64,000 nt of DNA from an uncultured Eubacteriales bacterium. GTDB taxonomy: Bacteria; Bacillota; Clostridia; Christensenellales; CAG-314. This document shows, one piece after another, positions 1 through 8,507 of this stretch. The notes under the pieces were generated by a model that ran no database searches, was not told the DNA's origin, and saw only the letters and a list, made by a program, of their open reading frames with translations. The stretch covers positions 7,931 through 71,930 of the forward strand of contig CARAIG010000086.1 in assembly GCA_948938605.1 (NCBI GenBank), written 5' to 3'. Position 1 is the first letter of the stretch; each line of letters begins with the position of its first letter. Position numbers and translations under genes: made by a program.

Positions 1-695
1 TTGAAACCGTTTTGGTTAAGCATTAACTGCAACAAGTAGACAAAGTTGGACGAACTGCCAGAACGCAACGTCGGGTAGTTGCTCAATTCGTTGCGCGTAA
101 TGTAATTTGTTCCCAAGTATTCGCATACGCCTTTGCAGGTTTCTTCGGCGACTTCGGTTTGGTAATCGGGGTCGCGCATTAGCTTTGCTTCGTCAAAGTT
201 GGTCATAAAACCGGGTTCTATTAGCGTCGACGTACAGTTTACGCTTTGCAGTACGCCTACGTTCGTCAATGCCGAAACGCCCCGTCCGCGTTGGTTTGTG
301 CCGTTAATTAGTTGTTCGTAAATATCTTCGGACAACATTCGCGACATACGCGCATTGACGTTGCTTGTCGAATAAAATACCGAAATGCCCTGTGCGGAAT
401 TAAAACTGTTTCCGCTGCCGAAAGCGTTGTAACCGAAAGTTACAAGCAGCGTAAGGTTTTGACGGTTAACGCGCCGTACTCTTTCGGAAATCGACGTATC
501 GGTCAATTCCGGTTTTACGTCGTATACGGCAAAGCCGTTGCGTAAAGCTGCTTCCATAAATTTAATTTTAGTCGGTCTGTTAAATTGGTTTTCGTAAAAA
601 GGTACGTTGAGATAAGGCATAACGGGCGTACGCTTGCCTTGCGTAAACGGGTTTTGTCCGTGTTCGTCGTTTGCCCCTATGTAATAAACTGCCAT
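1..695 (-). CDS. N-acetylmuramoyl-L-alanine amidase (Amidase_3-like) with a C-terminal peptidoglycan-binding-like tail; the 3' end runs off the window
   Basis: Absent from the ORF track because the frame is open to position 1. The ATG is the reverse complement of 693-695, preceded by GGAGG (reverse complement of 701-705). My translation is MAVYYIGANDEHGQNPFTQGKRTP...TLIEPGFMTNFDEAKLMRDPDYQ...YPTLRSGSSSNFVYLLQLMLNQNGF. Confidence 0.65.
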   Translation of the reverse strand, partial: MAVYYIGANDEHGQNPFTQGKRTPVMPYLNVPFYENQFNRPTKIKFMEAALRNGFAVYDVKPELTDTSISERVRRVNRQNLTLLVTFGYNAFGSGNSFNSAQGISVFYSTSNVNARMSRMLSEDIYEQLINGTNQRGRGVSALTNVGVLQSVNCTSTLIEPGFMTNFDEAKLMRDPDYQTEVAEETCKGVCEYLGTNYITRNELSNYPTLRSGSSSNFVYLLQLMLNQNGF

Positions 696-847
696 GTTAA
701 CCTCCATATATCAGTCTATAAAATATATGCGGATAACGCAAAAATTGTTTATGCAAAATAAAACCGCACGCGGATTGTACGTTTTGCGTATCTGCTATCC
801 GCGCGCGGTGTAAGGTGGTTTTTTGTTTATTTAAACTGGACTGTCGT

Positions 848-2374
848 TTAAAGCATAGGGCGGAAAACGTTTGCAAAAAAGCATACGACTTTTTCCCACA
901 GGCTAAGTTTGTTCGAAACGGTTACTTTGCGGCATTGCGCAATGGTTTCGAGCATATCTTGTTTAAGTTCGGCAATAGCGGTTGTATTGTACATAAATAC
1001 GCCGTCTTCGTAGTGGTGCATAAAACTGCGGTAGTCTAGGTTGATTGTGCCTACAATGCCCGCCGAGTCGTCTGCAACAATACCTTTTGCGTGAACAAAG
1101 CCTTTGTTGTAAACATACAGTTTTACGTTGTGCTTAACCAATTTGTTTGCGCTTTGTTTTGTAAGGCAGTAAACGGATTTTTTGTCGGGTATTCCGGGGA
1201 TGATTATATTTACGTCCACTCCGCGGTCGGCCGAGCGTATTATGGCTTCGTTAAACGCTTCGTCGCATACAAGGTACGGCGTAGTGATGTATAACGACTT
1301 TTCGGAAAGGTTTATCATATTTAAATACGCACTGCGCGCAACGTAATCGGGGTATAGCGGTTTAGGTCCGTCGGCAAACGGAACGACTATTCCGCGGTTT
1401 ATTCCGTCGTTAAGCTGTTCGCGTTCCTTTGAGTACATAGCCGTTTCCACAAAATACTTTTCGTAGCGTTCGCTTTTGTTTTGCGCTATGTCGAACATTT
1501 GCAAAAACATATAAGTTAAACCCGCAACGCCCTCGCCGTCCAATTTTACTGCGGTGTCTTTCCAATGTCCGAAAGGATGCGTTTCGTTAATGTATTCGTC
1601 TGCAAGGTTAATACCGCCCGTATAGGCGATTTTGCCGTCTATAACTGTAATCTTGCGGTGGTCGCGGTTGTTGTATACTGCCGAAATAAACGGTCTGAGC
1701 TTGCCGAACCTAACGCAGTTAATGCCCGTCTTGCGCATTTGGTGGCAAAACAAGTGTCCTATGTGGGGCAAACTGCCTACGTCGTCGTACATTAGGCGAA
1801 CTTCAACGCCCTCCTTAACTTTGCGTTGCAGTATATCCAAAATTGCGTCGAACATTTTACCGCGTTCCACAATAAAGTATTCCATAAAGATAAACTTTTC
1901 CGCTTTGTTAAGTTCGGCAAGTAAATCTTTCCAAAAATCTTCGCCGTTTGCAAAATAATACGTATCGGTGTTGCTAAAAGTAGTGTTGCCCATTTTGTTA
2001 AGGTAACGCATTTGTCCCGCAATGTTTTCGGGGACGGGTATGTTGGCGTCGTTAAATTCCGCGCTGGGCAACGTTTCGAACAGTTTGCGTTCGCGTCTGC
2101 TGGCATAATTGCGCGAAAAGCACAAATATAAAATAGTTCCGAATACCGGCAACAGCGCAACCGTAAGCGCCCAAGGCAGTTTCCCCTCTATGGTCATATC
2201 GCGGTTGATTATTCCAAGTAAAACTATCACCGTAATTGCGGATGAAACTATGCGTATCCACAAGTAGTAACTTTGAAAAACCGTAACAAACAAAGCTACC
2301 GCCACAATTTGTAGCAGTATTGCTAAAAATATTACCGTTAGTCTGCTAAATAGCAACCGAAAAATCTTTTTCAT
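848..2374 (-). CDS. cls: cardiolipin synthase
   Basis: 508 aa with N-terminal TM helices. Two HKD phospholipase-D motifs are present (HRKITVIDGKIAYTGGINLADEY and HAKGIVADDSAGIVGTINLDYRS). Confidence 0.9.
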   Translation of the reverse strand: MKKIFRLLFSRLTVIFLAILLQIVAVALFVTVFQSYYLWIRIVSSAITVIVLLGIINRDMTIEGKLPWALTVALLPVFGTILYLCFSRNYASRRERKLFETLPSAEFNDANIPVPENIAGQMRYLNKMGNTTFSNTDTYYFANGEDFWKDLLAELNKAEKFIFMEYFIVERGKMFDAILDILQRKVKEGVEVRLMYDDVGSLPHIGHLFCHQMRKTGINCVRFGKLRPFISAVYNNRDHRKITVIDGKIAYTGGINLADEYINETHPFGHWKDTAVKLDGEGVAGLTYMFLQMFDIAQNKSERYEKYFVETAMYSKEREQLNDGINRGIVVPFADGPKPLYPDYVARSAYLNMINLSEKSLYITTPYLVCDEAFNEAIIRSADRGVDVNIIIPGIPDKKSVYCLTKQSANKLVKHNVKLYVYNKGFVHAKGIVADDSAGIVGTINLDYRSFMHHYEDGVFMYNTTAIAELKQDMLETIAQCRKVTVSNKLSLWEKVVCFFANVFRPML

Positions 2375-2504
2375 CGTTCACCCGATTTATATAGTAAATC
2401 CTTACTTAGTTTGTCTATTTGTCGTAGTTATTTTACATTTAATAGTATACTACTTTATTTTAATCAAGTAAACTTAAAAATAATTGTAGTGATACGCTAT
2501 TAAA

Positions 2505-2533
2505 TTGACAAAAAAGCTATTTGGTCGTATTAT
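2505..2533 (+). promoter_or_regulatory. sigma-A-like promoter of tsaD (TTGACA-17-TATTAT)
   Basis: TTGACA at 2505-2510, a 17-nt spacer, then TATTAT at 2528-2533. This places the start site within a few nt of the ATG at 2543. Confidence 0.5.
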
Positions 2534-2542
2534 AATTATATA

Positions 2543-3568
2543 ATGAAATCCACACAAGACGTTTATATATTGGGTATCGAAAGTTCCTGCGACGAAACCG
2601 CAGCGTCCGTAGTAAAAAACGGACGGGAAATTTTGTCAAACGTTGTACTTTCGCAAATAGACATACACAAATTGTACGGCGGAGTAGTGCCGGAAATTGC
2701 CAGCCGTAACCACGTTGAAGCAATCGACAAGGTTGTTAGCCAAGCGCTAAGCGACGCTAACGTTACGTTAAAGGATTTAAACGCCGTAGCCGTCACTTAC
2801 GGCGCGGGGCTTGTGGGCGCGTTGCTTGTGGGCGTATCGTACGCAAAGGGATTGTGTCAAGCAAGCGGTTTGCCGTTAATTGCGGTCAACCACATCGAAG
2901 GGCATATTTGCGCAAACTACTTAACCTATCCCAATTTAGAACCGCCGTATTTGTGCTTGCTTACCAGTGGCGGACACACCGCAATAGTAAACGTATTAAA
3001 CTACGACGACTACGACGTAATTTGTTCGACGGTGGACGACGCCGTCGGCGAAGCGTTCGACAAGGTTGCCCGCGTGCTGGGGCTTCCGTATCCGGGCGGT
3101 CCGCAAGTGGATAAGTTGAGCAAACAAGGGGTGCCTAAGTACAAGTTCCATTCGGTCATTGTATCCAATGGCAATTTTAGTTACAGCGGACTTAAAACGG
3201 CGGTAATCAACCTTGTTCACAATGCCGAGCAAAAGGGCGAAACGCTAAACAATGCGGACGTTGCTTCGAGCTTTACCGTAACCGCTATTGACGGGCTAAT
3301 AGACCGTTTACGTCAAATTATCCAAACGCAATCGGTAAAAACCGTTGCAATTGCGGGCGGAGTGGGCGCAAACAGTTATTTAAGGCAACAAGTAAAGCAA
3401 TTCGAACAAGACGGCATTACGGTTTGTATGCCTGCCTTGTCGCTGTGCGGGGATAACGGCGCAATGATAGCGTCAAGGGGCTACTATATGTATTTAAAAA
3501 AGGAATTTGCCGACTTGTCGTTAAACGCTTGTCCCACGTTAAAACTGCGCGGACAACGCCCTGTTTGA
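2543..3568 (+). CDS. tsaD: tRNA N6-adenosine threonylcarbamoyltransferase TsaD
   Basis: 341 aa. The N-terminus ILGIESSCDETAASVV and overall Kae1/TsaD-like sequence fit the family. Confidence 0.93.
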   Translation: MKSTQDVYILGIESSCDETAASVVKNGREILSNVVLSQIDIHKLYGGVVPEIASRNHVEAIDKVVSQALSDANVTLKDLNAVAVTYGAGLVGALLVGVSYAKGLCQASGLPLIAVNHIEGHICANYLTYPNLEPPYLCLLTSGGHTAIVNVLNYDDYDVICSTVDDAVGEAFDKVARVLGLPYPGGPQVDKLSKQGVPKYKFHSVIVSNGNFSYSGLKTAVINLVHNAEQKGETLNNADVASSFTVTAIDGLIDRLRQIIQTQSVKTVAIAGGVGANSYLRQQVKQFEQDGITVCMPALSLCGDNGAMIASRGYYMYLKKEFADLSLNACPTLKLRGQRPV

Positions 3569-3591
3569 CGTCAGCAACGTGAGATTAGAAT

Positions 3592-3649
3592 ACTGTAAAG
3601 TTTGGGCGGTGCAATATGTGATTATTCGGCGTAAATACGCATTCACAGT
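3592..3649 (+). repeat. 58-nt repeat, left copy of an inverted pair flanking the P-type ATPase gene
   Basis: actgtaaagtttgggcggtg...ttattcggcgtaaatacgcattcacagt matches the reverse complement of 6312-6369 at 48 of 58 positions by hand alignment. Confidence 0.7.
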
Positions 3650-3701
3650 TTGCCGTCAAGTAAACAACAACTAACCGAAAAAATATCCAACGGGAGATTT
3701 T

Positions 3702-6209
3702 ATGAGTAAAAAAGCCGAACTGCTGCGCGTACAAGCGGACATCAACCAAGGGTTAACGTCCGAAGAAGTAAAACAACGCGTTCAATTAAAGAAAACCAAC
3801 AAAGTAAAAAAGGTTGTAGGTAAAAGTTATTTGTCGATATTCGTCGGCAACCTTTGCACGTTTTTTAACTTGTTGGGATTTATCGTCTTTATTATTTCGT
3901 TAATCGCTCACAGCGGTTTGGCGAATATGACGTTTATTGTAATAATCGTAGCGAATACCGCAATAGGAATTTTCCAGGAAATACGCAGTAAAATTGCGGT
4001 GGAAAAACTGTCGCTGGTGTCCGAACCGACTGCGCTTGTAGTCCGCGACGGCGTCGAACAAACTATTAAAACCAAGGATATAGTGTTGGACGACATTTTG
4101 CTGTATTCGGCGGGCAAACAAATTTGTACCGACAGTATCGTTATCATCGGCGAAGCGGAAGTGGACGAATCGATGTTGACGGGCGAAAGCGATCCCGTCA
4201 AGAAAAAAGCGGGCGACACGCTGTATTCGGGCAGTTATATAATTTCGGGCAATTGCACTGCGCGTTGCGATAAAGTAGGTAAGGAAAACTACGTCGAGCA
4301 ACTGTCTGCGCGCGTTAAAAAGGCTAAGATGCCCCCTTCGGAATTGATGAAAGGTATCCGCCGTATTATTAAGTTTATTGCAATTATAATTTTCCCGTTA
4401 GGTATAGCAACGCTTTTGTGCCACGAAAATATTTTACCTATGTTCGGCACAAACGAATTTTCGGTGTACTTTGCAAACTTCATTAACAATCAACAAAATG
4501 AAATAGTGCAAAAGGTAGACAAAGCATTGCTGGCAATGAACGGCTCTATGCTGGGAATGGTCCCTAGCGGAATGGTACTTTTAACAAGCGTTGCGCTTGC
4601 CGTTGCCGCTTTGAAGTTGGCGCGTAAAAAGGTGCTTGTGCGCGAATTGCCCTGTATCGAAATGCTTGCCCGCGTAGACACGTTGTGCCTTGACAAAACG
4701 GGTACCATTACCGACGGCTCTATGACTGTCGATTCGGTCATTCCACTTGTAGGGACGGAAGACGATATAAAGGCGTACATTGCAACGATACTTAGCGCCA
4801 CAGGCGACGACAATATGACTGCAAAAGCGTTAAAGACGTATGTCGGCGATGCCGTACCGTTCGATACGACGGCGCATTTGCCGTTTTCGTCGGCGCGTAA
4901 GTATTCCGCAGCAAGCGTCAAGGGGCATGGTACGATAGCCTTCGGCGCTGCGGAATTTATGTTTAAAAAGACGAATAAATCGTTTAACAATACGTGTAAC
5001 GAATTGCTTAAAAAGGGTTTGCGCGTACTTGCCGTAGGACGCAGCAAAAAGGCTATTTCCGCAAACGGTACTGCCGATGGTTTAGAACCTATTGCAATAG
5101 TAGCGCTTGCCGATACAATCCGACAGGACGCTCCCGAAATCATACAGTGGTTTAAGGAAAACAACGTCGACATCAAAGTTATTTCGGGCGACAATCCATT
5201 GTCGGTATCGGTAATTGCGGGCAAAGTGGGCGTAAAGGACGCCGACAAATACATTTCGCTTGACGGTATGACCGACGAACAAGTTGCGGAAGTTGCCAAC
5301 CAATATACCGTTTTCGGACGCGTAACGCCCGAACAAAAGGCAATACTTGTCCGCTCGATTAAGCAAGCGGGGCATACCGTTGCAATGACGGGCGACGGCG
5401 TAAACGACATTTTGGCAATGCGCGAGTCCGACTGCGCAATATCCGTCGGTTGCGGAACCGACGCCGCTAAAACAGTTGCCAACCTTGTGCTTATGGACAA
5501 CAAGTTTAGTCAAATGCCCAAAGTAGTTGCCGAAGGCAGACAAGTCGTAAACAACATTCAAAACAGCGCTTCGCTGTTTTTGATGAAAACTACAATGGTA
5601 GTGTTGACCACCATTTTGTGCTTGATTATACGGCAAAGTTTCCCGTTCCAAGCGCAGCACTTGGCGTCGGCGGAATTTTTTGTAATAGGTATTTCGTCAT
5701 TCTTGCTTGCATTAAAACCGAACAAAGCGCTTATTACGGGTAAGTTTATTCCTAACGTGTTAAAACGTACATTACCAAGCGGCATTGCAATGTTCTTGTC
5801 GGTAGCAATGACATATGCGTTTAGCGGAGTGTTAGGTCTTACTACATCGCAAATCACATCAATTGCAATGTTCAGTTTTACCTTTACCGGCGTTGCAGCA
5901 TTGTTAATATTGCTGTTCCCGTATGACAAGTTCAACATCGTAATAGGGGCAATAGGCGTAGTCGGTACCGTACTTTGCATATTCTTTTACTCGCCCGTAA
6001 TGGCGTTTGTCAGCGACTTGTTCAAAATGAAGAAGTCCGACCCGACGTTCTTGTATTCCGATTTCAACGTTTATCGCATAATATTTGTGGTTGTCAACGT
6101 AATTGTAATGGCGGGCATAATAATAGGCTTAAAATTCCTTGTACGCTTTTTGGATAAAAAAATCACCGAAAAACGCGCGTTGAAGGCAGACCTGACAAAA
6201 AATGCGTAA
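3702..6209 (+). CDS. cation-transporting P-type ATPase (HAD-IC family, Ca2+/Mg2+-type)
   Basis: 835 aa with the TGES, DKTGTIT and TGDGVNDILAM motifs and multiple TM helices at both ends. Confidence 0.9.
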   Translation: MSKKAELLRVQADINQGLTSEEVKQRVQLKKTNKVKKVVGKSYLSIFVGNLCTFFNLLGFIVFIISLIAHSGLANMTFIVIIVANTAIGIFQEIRSKIAVEKLSLVSEPTALVVRDGVEQTIKTKDIVLDDILLYSAGKQICTDSIVIIGEAEVDESMLTGESDPVKKKAGDTLYSGSYIISGNCTARCDKVGKENYVEQLSARVKKAKMPPSELMKGIRRIIKFIAIIIFPLGIATLLCHENILPMFGTNEFSVYFANFINNQQNEIVQKVDKALLAMNGSMLGMVPSGMVLLTSVALAVAALKLARKKVLVRELPCIEMLARVDTLCLDKTGTITDGSMTVDSVIPLVGTEDDIKAYIATILSATGDDNMTAKALKTYVGDAVPFDTTAHLPFSSARKYSAASVKGHGTIAFGAAEFMFKKTNKSFNNTCNELLKKGLRVLAVGRSKKAISANGTADGLEPIAIVALADTIRQDAPEIIQWFKENNVDIKVISGDNPLSVSVIAGKVGVKDADKYISLDGMTDEQVAEVANQYTVFGRVTPEQKAILVRSIKQAGHTVAMTGDGVNDILAMRESDCAISVGCGTDAAKTVANLVLMDNKFSQMPKVVAEGRQVVNNIQNSASLFLMKTTMVVLTTILCLIIRQSFPFQAQHLASAEFFVIGISSFLLALKPNKALITGKFIPNVLKRTLPSGIAMFLSVAMTYAFSGVLGLTTSQITSIAMFSFTFTGVAALLILLFPYDKFNIVIGAIGVVGTVLCIFFYSPVMAFVSDLFKMKKSDPTFLYSDFNVYRIIFVVVNVIVMAGIIIGLKFLVRFLDKKITEKRALKADLTKNA

Positions 6210-6252
6210 CGCAAAAATCGCAATTTTAATACCGTAATACCGTTAAATAAAA

Positions 6253-6290
6253 AACAGCTTCGCCCTAAATACGGGTAAAGCTGTTTTTGT
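6253..6290 (+). terminator. rho-independent terminator after the ATPase gene
   Basis: An 8-bp stem aacagctt/aagctgtt followed by a T-run. Confidence 0.65.
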
Positions 6291-6311
6291 TTAGTCGCAT
6301 TGCCTTAATGC

Positions 6312-6369
6312 ACTGTGATTGCGTAGTTGCGCCGAATAACCGCACATAACACCGTCTAAACTTTACAGT
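6312..6369 (-). repeat. 58-nt repeat, right (inverted) copy flanking the ATPase gene
   Basis: Its reverse complement aligns to 3592-3649 (48 of 58 identical by hand). Confidence 0.7.
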
Positions 6370-6386
6370 GTTTTAATTTTACGGCG

Positions 6387-6596
6387 CTAATCGTCTACTT
6401 CAAGTATTTCGGAGCATAGTAATCTTGTCGCATTGTATATTTTAATTAGCGTCAATGCGTTGATATTTAAATTACCGTGCATAAGCCGATAGTATGTCTG
6501 CTTTGAAATACTGCATTTGTTGCAGAATTTTTCAACCGTCAATTTGTTATCTTTCCGATATTTTTCAATTACTTCCGCTTTTACTCTTGTAGCCAT
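6387..6596 (-). CDS. XRE-family helix-turn-helix protein (69 aa)
   Basis: Small HTH_3-like sequence (LTVEKFCNKCSISKQTYYRLMHG), divergent from a second XRE gene. Confidence 0.7.
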   Translation of the reverse strand: MATRVKAEVIEKYRKDNKLTVEKFCNKCSISKQTYYRLMHGNLNINALTLIKIYNATRLLCSEILEVDD

Positions 6597-6667
6597 AATA
6601 CTTTTCTTTTATATCACTTTGCGACATATTTATTTTATCTCATTTTGCGAATACCGTCAAGTGTTTT

Positions 6668-6684
6668 ATATCACAAAATGATAT
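6668..6684. promoter_or_regulatory. operator-like palindrome ATATCA-N5-TGATAT in the divergent XRE intergenic region
   Basis: Perfect 6-bp arms. Related half-sites ATATCAC at 6611-6617 and TATCTCA about 25 nt further on. Confidence 0.45.
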
Positions 6685-6717
6685 AACTAATGATAACAAA
6701 TCACAAGGAAATATTTT

Positions 6718-6933
6718 ATGGAATTAAAAAAAGAAGTAGGAAAACGTTTGGCGACTGCAAGGAAACAAGCAGGATTCACGCAAAAGGAAGCGGGCGGTTC
6801 TATTTTAATGTCGCAACCGAATTATGCCCGATTTGAACAAGGGTATTATGAATTAAGTTACAGTCAAATAGTTACGTTGTGCAAATTATTCGATTGTTCG
6901 GCAGACTATTTGCTTGGTCTGGCAGAAATATAA
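6718..6933 (+). CDS. XRE-family helix-turn-helix protein (71 aa)
   Basis: HTH_3 pattern (FTQKEAGGSILMSQPNYARFEQG). It ends 12 nt before the carboxypeptidase start. Confidence 0.75.
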   Translation: MELKKEVGKRLATARKQAGFTQKEAGGSILMSQPNYARFEQGYYELSYSQIVTLCKLFDCSADYLLGLAEI

Positions 6934-6945
6934 AGGAGTAAAACA

Positions 6946-8430
6946 ATGGAAAAAGCGTTGGAATTTTACAAAAAGCAACGTCGCAAAATATTGATGTTTA
7001 AATATTTGGATTTTGTTGTAAGTTGGGATATGGAAACGGACGCGGCGGAAAACAGCATTATGGCGGACAGCGAACAAGTTGCGGTAATGAGCGAAATGAG
7101 TTACCAACTTGTAACCGATCCCGATTTCGAACAAGCGGTAGCCGTTTTGTATAGCAACCGCGACCGTTTGGACAGCGTTATGCGCCACGAAATAGAAGTG
7201 ACGTACAAAAACATTTCCGATACTAAAAAAATACCGCAAGACGAATATACGGCGTACAGCGAATTGACGTCCAAGGCTTACCCCGTGTACGTAAAAGCCA
7301 AGACGGAAAACAACTTCGAACTGTTCCGCCCGTATTTGGAAAAAATAGTGGATTTTTGCCGTAAGCAAACCAAGTGGCTTGCAACCGACGATTTACAAGG
7401 CTACGACGTTTTGCTGGATATGTACGAACCGCATTACAACCAAGCCAAGTACGACAAGTTTTTCGACGCATTGCGTACGCGCCTTGTCCCCTTTGTAAAA
7501 CAAGCCACCGCAAAACCGTACGTTGCGCCTAAGTGGGCAGTGCAACCGTTTGAGGAGGACAAGCAAAAGGAGTTTTGCGAATATCTGCGCGACGTTATGT
7601 GTTTTGACAAATCGCGCGGTATTATGAAGTTAAGCGAACATCCCTTTACAAGCGGTTTCGGTACCGACGACGTGCGCATAACAAACCATTACTATGCTAA
7701 CAAGTTCGATTCGTCTGTTTTTTCCGCCATTCACGAAACGGGTCACGCCTTGTACGAACAGCAGTGCGACAAAGCGTTAAATGGCACGCTAAGTTACGGC
7801 GGTGCAAGTTTGGGCTTGCACGAAAGCCAATCCCGCTTTTACGAAAACGTAATAGGGCGCAGTCGCGCGTTTTGGACGGTGCACTACCCCAAACTGCAAC
7901 AGACGTTTGCAAGGCAATTAAAGGGCGTTTCGCTTGACGAATTTTTAAAACATATCAACAACGTACAACGCAGTTTTGTCCGTACCGAAGCGGACGAACT
8001 TACATACCCTTTGCACGTAATGCTCCGCTACGAAATTGAAAAAAAGGTTATTTCGGGCGAACTGGAAGTAAAGGACTTGCCTAAGTACTGGAACGAAAAA
8101 TTTACCGAGTACTTCGGTATTACTCCTAAAAGCGATACCGAAGGCGTTTTGCAAGACGTTCATTGGGCATACGGCAATTTCGGTTACTTCCCCACATACG
8201 CTTTGGGCAGTGCAATTGCTTCGCAGCTGTATCACTATATGAGCAAGGACTTTAACGTCGAGCAAAGTTTGCAAAGCGGTACAACCGCGCAAGTAAACGA
8301 GTGGTTAAAGGAACACGTCCACAAGTACGGCTCGTCTAAATATCCCGACGAAATTTTGCGTTTGGCTACGGGCGAAGACTTTAACCCCGATTACTACATC
8401 GACTACTTGATTGACAAGTATTCCAAGTAA
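6946..8430 (+). CDS. M32 carboxypeptidase (Taq-like metallocarboxypeptidase)
   Basis: 494 aa with HETGHALYE (HExxH), HESQSRFYEN and VRTEADELTYPLH, which are characteristic M32 blocks. Confidence 0.88.
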   Translation: MEKALEFYKKQRRKILMFKYLDFVVSWDMETDAAENSIMADSEQVAVMSEMSYQLVTDPDFEQAVAVLYSNRDRLDSVMRHEIEVTYKNISDTKKIPQDEYTAYSELTSKAYPVYVKAKTENNFELFRPYLEKIVDFCRKQTKWLATDDLQGYDVLLDMYEPHYNQAKYDKFFDALRTRLVPFVKQATAKPYVAPKWAVQPFEEDKQKEFCEYLRDVMCFDKSRGIMKLSEHPFTSGFGTDDVRITNHYYANKFDSSVFSAIHETGHALYEQQCDKALNGTLSYGGASLGLHESQSRFYENVIGRSRAFWTVHYPKLQQTFARQLKGVSLDEFLKHINNVQRSFVRTEADELTYPLHVMLRYEIEKKVISGELEVKDLPKYWNEKFTEYFGITPKSDTEGVLQDVHWAYGNFGYFPTYALGSAIASQLYHYMSKDFNVEQSLQSGTTAQVNEWLKEHVHKYGSSKYPDEILRLATGEDFNPDYYIDYLIDKYSK

Positions 8431-8507
8431 ACAAAGCGTAGATTTTGTATAAATAAATATTCGGTATAAAAATTAATCGGCAAACGGTAATTAGCGGAGA
8501 AAGAATA

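Noticed and set aside
4490-5503. Long antisense ORFs: 4490-5503, 5082-5660, 20602-21093, 21273-21788, 48288-48941, 53892-54653, 60225-61094 and 61134-61886.
   Set aside because: Each lies opposite a gene with unmistakable family motifs (P-type ATPase, DUF1700/DUF4097, leuS, the J-like and membrane genes, nrdD). Their translations are low-complexity and Arg/Ser/Cys/Val-rich, with no recognisable motifs and no RBS. I treat them as shadow ORFs.
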